64,000 bases of DNA from a virus: positions 32,001-96,000 of the IMG/VR virus record IMGVR_UViG_3300047510_001668; one strand, given 5' to 3'. The first letter of the stretch is position 1; every line of letters begins with the position of its first letter. The position numbers and the translations under genes were made by a program. This document shows, piece by piece, positions 39,796 through 48,091 of the stretch. Below the pieces are notes generated by a model. It was not told the DNA's origin. It did no database searches and worked only from the letters and a program-made list of their open reading frames with translations.

Positions 39796-40485
39796 ATGAT
39801 ACCACAAGTGAAAGTGCCAACTTTTTCCATTACATTGCCAGTATCCAAAGAAAAAGTTGATTTTAGACCATTTTTAGTTAAAGAAGAAAAAATTCTGTTA
39901 TTGGTGAAGGATTCCAAGGATCCCAAAGATGTGGCCAGAGCTATAGGTGATGTTGTGTCTAGCTGTACTTTTGACAAAATGAACATCCACAAATATTGTT
40001 TGGCTGATGTGCAATATGCCTTCATTCAGATTCGTGGCAAGTCCATCGGTGAGGATTTGGAGTTGAATTTGAAGTGTGGAGGATGTGATGGCGGCAACAG
40101 CTTCATTCTGTCCGTGAATGATTTTGATGTGTTGAACAAAGATGTGAACAATGACATCAACATGGGTGACATCACTGTTCGTATGAAATCTCCCACCATT
40201 GAGCATTACACCACGTTGCTGTTGAATGATGACATGGAAACTATTTTTTCTGTGATTTGTGGGTGTATTGAGAAAATCTACTCAGGTGAAGAAGTGTTCA
40301 TCAATGAACCTGGGTTTGAAAACCAAATTCAAGAATTCTTAGACAATCTTCCTTCAGAAGAATTTGATAAAATCAAACAGTATTTTAGCACCATGCCTAT
40401 GCTACACAAGAAAATAGAATTCACCTGTAAACATTGCAAAACAGGCAATGAATTTTTGATTGACGGGCTATCAAATTTTTTTTAG
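39796..40485 (+). CDS. gp26: Baseplate hub assembly protein gp26
   Basis: PTFSITLPVSK..VDFRPFLVKEEKILL, IRGKSIGE, CxxC x2, MP.L.K.IEF.C, GLSNFF. Confidence 0.92.
   Translation: MIPQVKVPTFSITLPVSKEKVDFRPFLVKEEKILLLVKDSKDPKDVARAIGDVVSSCTFDKMNIHKYCLADVQYAFIQIRGKSIGEDLELNLKCGGCDGGNSFILSVNDFDVLNKDVNNDINMGDITVRMKSPTIEHYTTLLLNDDMETIFSVICGCIEKIYSGEEVFINEPGFENQIQEFLDNLPSEEFDKIKQYFSTMPMLHKKIEFTCKHCKTGNEFLIDGLSNFF
40476..40485 (+). other. Candidate -1 ribosomal frameshift site T-TTT-TTT-TAG joining gp26 to gp51
   Basis: A T8 run ends at the gp26 stop; the -1 frame is open (LVTLSHDT) into the gp51 ATG. Confidence 0.6.
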
Positions 40486-40505
40486 TAACTCTTTCTCATG
40501 ATACC

Positions 40506-40646
40506 ATGGAGAATTTCTACAAAGTGAACTTCATTTTGATGCAGAACCATAAATATTCATTAACTGAGTTGGAAAACATGATGCCGTGGGAAAGAGAGAT
40601 ATACATTTCAATGTTGTTGAAGTATTTGGAAAAACAAAATAGCTAA
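40506..40646 (+). CDS. gp51: Baseplate hub assembly catalyst gp51 (46 aa; missed by the ORF track)
   Basis: Manual translation MENFYKVNFILMQNHKYSLTELENMMPWEREIYISMLLKYLEKQNS; MMPWERE.Y is the gp51 signature. Confidence 0.88.
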   Translation: MENFYKVNFILMQNHKYSLTELENMMPWEREIYISMLLKYLEKQNS

Positions 40647-40657
40647 CAGGAACTATC

Positions 40658-41845
40658 ATGCCTTCAGGTACCGCCAAATCACGTAAACGTCCCAACGTCA
40701 GTGAAGATACTTTGCGAGAAATCAAGCGTCTCCTCACAGGAGATGCAACTGACTCCTTCAAGCCTGCCACATTTGGTGAATCCTTGAAGTATAATTTTCT
40801 TGGTGTGACACCCCAAAAGGAAGAAAAGGCTGGGGGATTTGGTAAAGCCTTGATGGCAGAGGCACAGAGTCAGTTTCGTGGATTGTTTGGCATCAAAACC
40901 ACAAAAAAAGAACGAGAAGAAGAAGCTGCCATGATGGCAGCAGAAGCTGAAAGAAAAGAAGCTGAAGCCAAAAAGAAAGAGGCCCAAGAAGCCAAAGAAA
41001 GAAAGATGCGTGAAGATGAGGTGAAAGCTGCTAAAGGTTCAGCAAAAAATATTTTTGTTGTGGCCACCACCTTACGTGCTGTTTTGAGTGAAGTGAACAC
41101 CATTCGACGTGTGGTGGAAGGCAGCATGAAACGTGAGAAAGGCGGGAGATACCGTGACGCAGATACTGGTCGTTACACCACTGCCACTTCAGGCATAGAT
41201 GTTCCCACAGCAGCAGAAATAGATTCAGGTGATGAGCTTGTGGCTGCAAAACTAGAAGAATTGTCGGAAAACCAACAGGCAGGGACAGACATTGATGTGA
41301 ATCTTGGCGGGGGCCCTGGCAGCATTTTTCCTAGACTGTTTCCACAGAAACCTATCACAACTGGACCCACGGTGAAACCAGGGGCAACAACTGCACGTAA
41401 TGCTGGTGCTAAAATTTTGGGGCGTGAAGTGGCAGAACAAGGCAGCAAAACAGCATTAAAAAGTGTATTGAAGAAAGTACCTGTTGTGGGATTACTGGCA
41501 GGAGGTGCCTTTGCAGCCGGCCGCGCCATGCGCGGTGATTTAACTGGAGCTGGTATGGAATTGGCTTCAGGTACTGCCAGCATGATGCCTGGGGCTGGGA
41601 CTGCCGCTAGCCTAGGGATTGATGCCGCTTTGATGGCTCGGGACATGTCCAGAACAGCAAGCCTGGAATCCGGCAGTCAAGCTGCAACACAACCGGTCAC
41701 TGTGAACAATGTGGATGCATCTACAAATCCTGTGATTGCACCTCAATCCGGCACACCAGCAGGAACACAGTCCACGATATCTCTCCGTGATACACACGGA
41801 AGTCATTTAAGATTCCAAGAAAATAGATTAACTCGACCCATGTAA
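40658..41845 (+). CDS. Putative tape-measure/hub protein (gp29 position)
   Basis: Follows gp26/gp51; charged coiled coil plus Gly/Ala amphipathic segment (LKKVPVVGLLAGG). Confidence 0.5.
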   Translation: MPSGTAKSRKRPNVSEDTLREIKRLLTGDATDSFKPATFGESLKYNFLGVTPQKEEKAGGFGKALMAEAQSQFRGLFGIKTTKKEREEEAAMMAAEAERKEAEAKKKEAQEAKERKMREDEVKAAKGSAKNIFVVATTLRAVLSEVNTIRRVVEGSMKREKGGRYRDADTGRYTTATSGIDVPTAAEIDSGDELVAAKLEELSENQQAGTDIDVNLGGGPGSIFPRLFPQKPITTGPTVKPGATTARNAGAKILGREVAEQGSKTALKSVLKKVPVVGLLAGGAFAAGRAMRGDLTGAGMELASGTASMMPGAGTAASLGIDAALMARDMSRTASLESGSQAATQPVTVNNVDASTNPVIAPQSGTPAGTQSTISLRDTHGSHLRFQENRLTRPM

Positions 41846-41878
41846 AATAAAAAAGGGGCCTTTTGGGCCCCTTTCCTA
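41845..41878 (-). terminator. Rho-independent terminator between convergent genes
   Basis: AAAGGGGCC-TTTTG-GGCCCCTTT hairpin; U-tract on the minus strand after gp32. Confidence 0.85.
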
Positions 41879-41883
41879 TTCGA

Positions 41884-42798
41884 TTAATCTTCAGCCAATT
41901 TACTGAAGTAACTCAAAGTGTCATCATCATCCTCATCAGGACCAGATGACTTGGGAGCTGCTGGCTTGGCAGCTCGTGGCATAGGAGCCTCTGCCACAGG
42001 TTCAGCTTCCATGCGACTCTCGGAAATCTTGTCGGCTGACACAGAGCTAGGACCACCCTTCAACACCATGTCCAGCTTCCGCTTCAACTCCTCGTAGCTC
42101 TTGAAGTTCTTGGCATCTGTGAAGTCAGTCAAAGAATGTTGCTGGTTCCAGATGGCTTCAATGGCGCTATCATCCTCGGCAATGGCTGACACAGGTTCAA
42201 ACTCTGACTTGTCATAGTTTCTGTATCCTTCCACATTGCGAATCTTCAACTTGAAGTTGGCACCCTTCCAGAAATCAAATGGATTGGTGGGATCCTCATC
42301 CTCAAACTGAGGTTGCATCACATCCTTAATCTTGTCGAAAATCTTCTTGCCATACTTGTACAAGAACACCTTGCCCTCGTTCTGAGGATTGGCTGAGTCC
42401 TTGATGACCAGAATGTTGCTGATGTACTGAAGCTTACGCTTCTGCTTGCGAGCAATTTCCTTGTTGCTCTCCACACCAGAGTTCCACAACTCGTTGTTCA
42501 ATTCTGACACAGGATCTGGAAGATTCAATGTGGTCAAGCTGTTCTCAATGTACCAACGACCTGAAGGACCTTGGAATCCATGATTCCAGATGCGTACCCA
42601 AGGAAGCTCTTCTCCCTTGGTGGGAGGCAGAAAGCGAATCACGGCATAGCCGTTGCCTGCCTTGTCAACTGCCGGACTCCAGAAACGGTCATCATCACGG
42701 CGTTCAGTTGTGGGCTTTGCAATCTTTTCCACCTCTTTCATGAGGTTATCGAAGTTGCCACGATTCTTGCGTAAATCTGATAGACTACTGAATGACAT
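41884..42798 (-). CDS. gp32: Single-stranded DNA-binding protein gp32
   Basis: DDRFWSPAVDKAGNGYAVIRFLP, HGFQGP.GRWYIENSLTT, KRKLQYISNILV, GANFKLKI, acidic tail; start MSFSS at 42798 with SD AAGGAG. Confidence 0.97.
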   Translation of the reverse strand: MSFSSLSDLRKNRGNFDNLMKEVEKIAKPTTERRDDDRFWSPAVDKAGNGYAVIRFLPPTKGEELPWVRIWNHGFQGPSGRWYIENSLTTLNLPDPVSELNNELWNSGVESNKEIARKQKRKLQYISNILVIKDSANPQNEGKVFLYKYGKKIFDKIKDVMQPQFEDEDPTNPFDFWKGANFKLKIRNVEGYRNYDKSEFEPVSAIAEDDSAIEAIWNQQHSLTDFTDAKNFKSYEELKRKLDMVLKGGPSSVSADKISESRMEAEPVAEAPMPRAAKPAAPKSSGPDEDDDDTLSYFSKLAED

Positions 42799-42863
42799 TG
42801 TGTTTCTCCTTGTATAACGGTGTATGTAACGGTGTATGGAACGTGTGACCTGCCATGACAAAA

Positions 42864-43046
42864 CTACTCCTCATCAAAATCATTATCAACTACACGATTC
42901 TCTGAATAATAATCATCCTCATCTTCATCATCAAGCATGTCATAGATGGCATTACGATGCTTACCAAATTTGTCCTTGTCTATTTTCTTGGGACGTTTGA
43001 AATCACGATAATCATCCTCATTGTCCCAATCTCGCATTTTACTCAT
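42864..43046 (-). CDS. Small acidic hypothetical protein
   Basis: ORF track; overlaps the gp59 stop. Confidence 0.6.
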   Translation of the reverse strand: MSKMRDWDNEDDYRDFKRPKKIDKDKFGKHRNAIYDMLDDEDEDDYYSENRVVDNDFDEE

Positions 43047-43620
43047 AGAAAGCCTTGTGTGTAATCATTGAAAATTTATCCTTCTCCACTTTGATGAATG
43101 GTGAGTACTTGTGTATGGTTCGTGAAATGGAATTCCAAACTGGATCCAACACCAGCTGTTCATCCACCTCTGTAGTAAATTTATATAGTTTATTTAGAAT
43201 CACAAGTGTTTCCAGCCGACATCTTTTACCACAATATTCCCTGACAATCACAGGATGTCCTCGGGAACAATCCCAGGCATCTTCCAGAATGGCAACATTC
43301 ATGGCTAGATTCTTCACATCTTGTGTGTAGGTGTAGGTCAGACTTTCCTGAATTCTTTTCCATTCCATGTAGATTTCTGGACCTGTGTTCTCAAAGATGC
43401 CCCATTCATTACCATTCAGGAAATTGGCCACCAGATAGTTGATGAACTCATCCTGATTGTAATTGTACTGCTTCATCAACACTTCCAACTTCTTCTTGAA
43501 GCTGACCTTCACCCCTGCCTTGGGAGGCCGAGGTGTGATGCCACTTCGGATGTCATAGTTGTCAGTTGTGAAGTGGAGCCGCAAAGAGGTGTAAATCTTG
43601 TAGGCGTCAGAAACATTCAT
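43039..43620 (-). CDS. gp59: Helicase loader gp59
   Basis: AYKIY.SLRLHFT..NYD, YLVANF, ETLVIL, I.KYSPF; gp33-gp59-gp32 synteny. Confidence 0.85.
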   Translation of the reverse strand: MNVSDAYKIYTSLRLHFTTDNYDIRSGITPRPPKAGVKVSFKKKLEVLMKQYNYNQDEFINYLVANFLNGNEWGIFENTGPEIYMEWKRIQESLTYTYTQDVKNLAMNVAILEDAWDCSRGHPVIVREYCGKRCRLETLVILNKLYKFTTEVDEQLVLDPVWNSISRTIHKYSPFIKVEKDKFSMITHKAFYE

Positions 43621-43889
43621 ACAGGAAGTTTGGCAGTCTTTTTCAACAGGTTCATTTCTTCAGCTTCAGCCTGTATCTTGGCCTTCAAGGAACTGGTAAT
43701 CATGGTGGCCACAGCCACAGGTTCTATTCCTTTCTGTTCACAATACTCCAGCAACGCCTCGAAACATCCTATCTTACGTTTGATGGCTTCTTTTTCAATG
43801 TGTATAGAAAACTCTGTGGAACTGGTGAATTCTCGGGTGATGAGATATTCCACTGTGAGTATTTTGGAATCTTCTGGTTCAGCGGTCAT
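43617..43889 (-). CDS. gp33: Late-transcription coactivator gp33
   Basis: FSIHIE, ALLEYCE..GIE, LKAKIQAEAEEMNLL. Confidence 0.88.
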   Translation of the reverse strand: MTAEPEDSKILTVEYLITREFTSSTEFSIHIEKEAIKRKIGCFEALLEYCEQKGIEPVAVATMITSSLKAKIQAEAEEMNLLKKTAKLPV

Positions 43890-44374
43890 AATGGCTCATA
43901 AAAAATGTGATTGCCTATTTGTGTGATGGGCTTGGCGAATGTCCAACCAGGCTTCACAGATGTATTATGAAAATACATCGCATTCTTTAGTATAACAACA
44001 TGTGTGTTGTTTGTCAAGACCTCTTTGGCAATTTCATAGGACACTTGATACACGGTGCTGTCGAACGGAGCTTTTGGACCACAGGTCCAGGAGAATTGAC
44101 ATCCTCGGCTGTTCCGTTGATACACCACACCACAAATGGTTTTCGGGAACTGTTTATGTCGGACACGATTCATGGTCACTGTGGCAACTGCCAACTTGCC
44201 ACGGTAGGATTCCATGGGTGCCTCATAGAAAATGTTCTTGGCTAAGCATGTCAATTGCTTCTCATCCAGAACAACTTTTGAAATGGGTTTACGTTCCATC
44301 ACAGGAACTGGATGATAATCTCCCACCAACAACGCCAGCAACATCAACACAATCAAAAATGCATTTCTGAACAT
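43886..44374 (-). CDS. SleB/CwlJ-like cell wall hydrolase (Hydrolase_2) with N-terminal signal anchor
   Basis: CLAKNIFYEA, AVATVTMNRV, FPKTICGVVYQ, QFSW, YFH, IGNHIFY; start 44374 with SD GGAGG. Confidence 0.9.
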   Translation of the reverse strand: MFRNAFLIVLMLLALLVGDYHPVPVMERKPISKVVLDEKQLTCLAKNIFYEAPMESYRGKLAVATVTMNRVRHKQFPKTICGVVYQRNSRGCQFSWTCGPKAPFDSTVYQVSYEIAKEVLTNNTHVVILKNAMYFHNTSVKPGWTFAKPITQIGNHIFYEPL

Positions 44375-44404
44375 AGAACCTCCCATGTGAAATGTACATA
44401 ACAA

Positions 44405-44663
44405 GGTGGGGGTTTTCTGTTCCCAGGGAACCCCCGAACCCGGCATGCTACTTAATTAAGCAGCTAATGCAAGAGGCGTATTATATGTGCCTGTTAATGT
44501 TTTTGCTCTGCTTACGGCAGTCGCCTATCGGGTAGCTCTCTCATCTAGTCCTTAACCTGTCGAAACCAGTCATCCCCGAAATGTTTGCTACTGAATGGAG
44601 ATGGAGGGAATCGAACCCTCGTCCAAGCTATGTTTCAATTTGAGCTGTTCTACTACCATCCTA
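44405..44663 (-). ncRNA. ssrA: Circularly permuted (two-piece) tmRNA gene; tag (A)AKTLTGTYNTPLALAA*
   Basis: Minus strand reads ...AGCTTGGAC-GAGGG-TTCGATT-CCCTC-CATCTCC-A(44596), an 18-nt spacer, then GGGGATG(44577)ACTGGTTTCGACAGGTT.... The acceptor stem is 7 bp with G3.U70 and A73. The tag ORF 44506-44456 ends in LALAA-TAA, with the stop in a hairpin loop. Confidence 0.92.
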
Positions 44664-44668
44664 CAGAA

Positions 44669-45397
44669 CTATTTATGAAACTCTTTGACAGTGATTTTGT
44701 TATCAGCATCAATTAATATAGCTGTCAGATTTTCCACCCAATCACCAGAATTTAAATAGTGAACACCTGCAATTTGTCTATCTTCTGGTTTGTGGATGTG
44801 ACCACAGATAACACCAGAGCAATTGTTTTGTCGTGCGAGATTTGCGGCACCTACTTCAAAGTCTGTGATGTAGTTGACTGCTGCTTTCACCCCATTCTTA
44901 ATATCTTTAGAAATGGAATAGTAAGGAAGTCCTCTCCATGCTCTCCACTTATTATACCAGGTATTCAATCGAAGTGCCAATTCATATCCACTTGCTCCAA
45001 TTTGTGCAATCCACTTCCATTTAGCAACAAATACGTCCAAGATGTCTCCGTGGAAGATGAAATACTTTTTGCCTTCACCGAGGTCAAGGATGTAATTTTC
45101 TTCCACTTGTAACTTGCCGAGATGCATATGCATGAATTCGTGTAAGAACTCATCGTGATTCCCACGTATCCACACCACAGGTATCTTTCTGGAAATGTCT
45201 AATACTTTAGATATCACCTTGGTATGCTTTGCTCTCCAACGAACGCCACGGGACAATGCCCATCCATCCACGAAGTCACCGTTGATAATCAAGATGTCGG
45301 TGTGATGTTCTTCCAGAAACTTCAAGAACTCCACTGCTTTGCAATCTTCTGTTCCTAAATGGACATCTGATACGATAATGGCTTTGTAGTGCTTCAT
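44669..45397 (-). CDS. LpxH-like metallophosphoesterase (UDP-2,3-diacylglucosamine hydrolase family)
   Basis: SDVHLG, NGDFVDGW, GNHD, FHGD, CGHIH, NSGDWVE. Confidence 0.88.
   Translation of the reverse strand: MKHYKAIIVSDVHLGTEDCKAVEFLKFLEEHHTDILIINGDFVDGWALSRGVRWRAKHTKVISKVLDISRKIPVVWIRGNHDEFLHEFMHMHLGKLQVEENYILDLGEGKKYFIFHGDILDVFVAKWKWIAQIGASGYELALRLNTWYNKWRAWRGLPYYSISKDIKNGVKAAVNYITDFEVGAANLARQNNCSGVICGHIHKPEDRQIAGVHYLNSGDWVENLTAILIDADNKITVKEFHK
44670..44677 (-). promoter_or_regulatory. Late-promoter-like CATAAATA upstream of the tmRNA gene
   Basis: One mismatch to TATAAATA; the predicted start falls just 5' of the acceptor piece. Confidence 0.5.
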
Positions 45398-45398
45398 A

Positions 45399-46106
45399 TT
45401 AATTCCAGTAATTCACTTTCGCCTTCTCAAAGTGCTTAAGGTTGTTTCTATTCAAGAAGTTGACTATCATGTACCAAATCATTCCAAGATAACCTAGTTT
45501 CTTGAACCTGCGTTCATCTTGTCCAAAGTAATGGTCCACAATCATAAACTTCTTGGCATCATACTGTTTACTCAATATGTAATCTTCGGATGTATCATAT
45601 TTGTTTGGAAATCCACCAAGCTCATCAAACTTGTCTTTTCTGGTCAAAAAGAATGCTCCGATGGCAAATGGAGTTTTCTTGGTCATGATTTTGTTGATGA
45701 GATTGAAACACCAGAAGAAGAACGAGGCACGAAGATGTTCACCGTAATTCTTAATGTTGGCTGTTATCAAGTCCAAATTATATACCACCATCTTGTTTAC
45801 CGCATCATAGATGGTGAAGGGATGAAACAACCTCACATCAGCATCCAAAAACAGAATGTATGGAGTAGTTACCAACTTGGCACCGTTGTTTCTTCCTACA
45901 GATACCGGTCCTCCTGTAATCACTTCAATATTCAACACATCATCATACAATTTCACCACCGAGATAGTATTATCGGTACTATAGGCATCTGCGACAATGA
46001 TACGAGTGTTTCCGATACCCACTTGTTGTGACAAAGAATCAAGTAGATGTCCAATATATTTTTCTTCATTCTTGCAGGGGATGATGATGGTGACTAAATC
46101 TTTCAT
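45399..46106 (-). CDS. GT2 family glycosyltransferase
   Basis: TIIIPCKNEE, VADAYSTD, GRNNGA, LFLDAD, GGFP, SED. Confidence 0.9.
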   Translation of the reverse strand: MKDLVTIIIPCKNEEKYIGHLLDSLSQQVGIGNTRIIVADAYSTDNTISVVKLYDDVLNIEVITGGPVSVGRNNGAKLVTTPYILFLDADVRLFHPFTIYDAVNKMVVYNLDLITANIKNYGEHLRASFFFWCFNLINKIMTKKTPFAIGAFFLTRKDKFDELGGFPNKYDTSEDYILSKQYDAKKFMIVDHYFGQDERRFKKLGYLGMIWYMIVNFLNRNNLKHFEKAKVNYWN

Positions 46107-46765
46107 TTCATGACCTCGTACACATCTCGGTAGTAAAGTAGTTGTTCCACGTGATGGTCTCTTTTACTTTGAAACACTTGCATGAATCCATCGGATACTG
46201 CAATTAAAATGGTAAGTCGGTTCACAGGTATACCAGTGCGTTCTTCAAACATGATGGCGTAGGCTGTTGCTTGCATGAAGTAGTGTTGAATATGTTCCGC
46301 ATCTTTTTCACGCCGGGCTGTCTTGAAGTCTATGATATTTAGTTTCCCATCAAATTCTGCCACACAATCCACACGGCCGGCCAATCTTAAATGATGAGAC
46401 CACAGCGCCACTTCTTGTGCTCGAATGTTGTCAATTCTATCCAACACAGGATTGGCCACTTTGAACATTTCATAATCCCAAAGTGACAAATCACCCCCTG
46501 TCAGATTGTTTTGAAGATACTTTTCCGTGATGGTGTGAAATCTAGTACCCCAATTGGCAGCTTGCCGAGACACCTTGTTTGCTTCTTCTTCACCCACACG
46601 GGCTCGCCATTCTTGAATGCCTTTCTTGGTGTGTTCAGCCAACACCGTGGTGACAGATGGATAGAGCCTACCTTCAGGTGTCTGATAGGCTCTGGTTCCA
46701 TCTTCCTGGTTCACAGCAGAAATGGTTTCTATTGTTACTGGGTCATGTAGGAATGTTTTCATCAC
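46103..46765 (-). CDS. PD-(D/E)XK exonuclease (Cas4/RecB-like phage exonuclease)
   Basis: YPSVTTVL, AANWGT.FH, LAGRVDCVAE, IIDFKT, YFMQATAYA. Confidence 0.88.
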   Translation of the reverse strand: MMKTFLHDPVTIETISAVNQEDGTRAYQTPEGRLYPSVTTVLAEHTKKGIQEWRARVGEEEANKVSRQAANWGTRFHTITEKYLQNNLTGGDLSLWDYEMFKVANPVLDRIDNIRAQEVALWSHHLRLAGRVDCVAEFDGKLNIIDFKTARREKDAEHIQHYFMQATAYAIMFEERTGIPVNRLTILIAVSDGFMQVFQSKRDHHVEQLLYYRDVYEVMK

Positions 46766-46768
46766 AAT

Positions 46769-46797
46769 AATATATCACACTGCTATAATTTTGTCAA
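46769..46797 (-). promoter_or_regulatory. Sigma70 promoter TTGACA-N17-TATATT
   Basis: Exact 17-nt spacer, upstream of the exonuclease. Confidence 0.8.
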
Positions 46798-47549
46798 GCC
46801 ACAGCCATGTCCTCACACGCCATTCTGGCCAGGATGTATTCTTTCACCAAGGGTCCACGAACAATGTCCTCCACCCCAAATTCCACATGACGGAAGGAAG
46901 GCATGTGGTTGGCGATGGCCATGAACTTCTTCAATCCTGACATATCAGAACGTTTCTGTAAATCTGTTTGACGGAAATCACCACAGAAAATGATTTTGGT
47001 GTTTTGTCCCACACGGGTCATGATGCTGTTCAGTTCCATGTCATTCATGTTCTGAGCCTCGTCCACAATCACAATACAGTTGTCCAAGGTCAACCCACGA
47101 ACATAGGAAGTGACCATGAAATGAATCAAACTTTGTTCTTTCAGTTTGTTGTAGGCGCGTTCTCCAAATCTAGGGAACAAATCTGCGCAAATTTCTTGAT
47201 AGGGTTGTGAATACACTTCCACTTTTTCTTTTTCATTGCCAGGAAGAAATCCAATATCCCGAGATGGCACTGCTGAACGAACCACCACTACTCTTTTGTA
47301 ACCTGAATTTTCCAAAATCTCTTTGAAAGCGCTGTGCATGGCGATGTAGGTTTTTCCTGTCCCTGCCACTCCATGACATAGAATGGCTTTGTGTCCTTTA
47401 CGATAGTAGTTGAAAAAATTCTCCTGGTTTTCTGTGAGAGCCCAGATTTCTTTTAAATCTGAACCACGGACTTTGTGTTTGGATTCCTGATCCTCTTGAA
47501 GAATATAAGTTTGGGACGTGACCAACTTAAGGCGCTTTTTTCTGGACAT
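46794..47549 (-). CDS. phoH: PhoH-like ATPase
   Basis: GVAGTGKT, RDIGFLPG..KEK, RGLTLDN, VDEAQN, GDFRQTDL, EDIVR; start trimmed to 47549. Confidence 0.95.
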   Translation of the reverse strand: MSRKKRLKLVTSQTYILQEDQESKHKVRGSDLKEIWALTENQENFFNYYRKGHKAILCHGVAGTGKTYIAMHSAFKEILENSGYKRVVVVRSAVPSRDIGFLPGNEKEKVEVYSQPYQEICADLFPRFGERAYNKLKEQSLIHFMVTSYVRGLTLDNCIVIVDEAQNMNDMELNSIMTRVGQNTKIIFCGDFRQTDLQKRSDMSGLKKFMAIANHMPSFRHVEFGVEDIVRGPLVKEYILARMACEDMAVA

Positions 47550-47569
47550 AGAATGCTCGTTGGGTTGGG

Positions 47570-47610
47570 GGTAAAAAAATCCCGCCAAGGCCGAAGCCCG
47601 GACGGGATTT
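47570..47610 (-). terminator. Rho-independent terminator with UUCG loop
   Basis: Minus strand AAATCCCG..GGGC-TTCG-GCCT..CGGGATTT followed by a T-run. Confidence 0.8.
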
Positions 47611-47628
47611 GAATAGGACGGAGAGTCC

Positions 47629-47895
47629 TTAGATGTAACTACTGTTGTTTTTAAGTGTGGAGCCTGGAGTTTTATCATGAATCTTTTGTAAGACCTCTCT
47701 GAATCCATTATCGGGTCGTCTAATTCCTAGACGAACAGGGTCACCGAGGGTTGGCGCAGTCAACATCACCTTCTTGACTGCCATTTCACCACAGTTAGAA
47801 CATGGGTCACCCTCCGGTTCGTGCATGGAAGAGATACTTACATTTCTTGTGAAATAGTGCTCACACTTCTCACATTGGTATTCATATGTTGGCAT
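47629..47895 (-). CDS. FmdB-family zinc-ribbon protein
   Basis: MPTYEYQCEKC...CSNCG. Confidence 0.9.
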   Translation of the reverse strand: MPTYEYQCEKCEHYFTRNVSISSMHEPEGDPCSNCGEMAVKKVMLTAPTLGDPVRLGIRRPDNGFREVLQKIHDKTPGSTLKNNSSYI

Positions 47896-47903
47896 ATTTT
47901 TAT

Positions 47904-48083
47904 TTATCTTTCGTAGTTTTCTGTGGCACGGTGAATGGCATCACGAACCCATTGTAGAAGCAAGGTGGCAGATTCATTTCCATGAACAATACGTTCAATA
48001 TTGTCCAATTCTTCATGAATGTCCACAATCAGGTATCGTATTCGGTTGTCTACTTCTTCATAATATTCTTCATGCTTTTCCAT
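47904..48083 (-). CDS. Hypothetical protein (59 aa)
   Basis: Manual translation MEKHEEYYEEVDNRIRYLIVDIHEEL...; SD GGAGG. Confidence 0.6.
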   Translation of the reverse strand: MEKHEEYYEEVDNRIRYLIVDIHEELDNIERIVHGNESATLLLQWVRDAIHRATENYER

Positions 48084-48091
48084 AACTCCTC

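Noticed and set aside
44596-44625. Stand-alone tRNA gene
   Set aside because: Only a T-arm and 3' acceptor strand are present, without an anticodon arm; the element is explained by the permuted tmRNA.
46103-46765. cas4/CRISPR system
   Set aside because: This is a solo phage PD-(D/E)XK exonuclease; there are no other cas genes or arrays.
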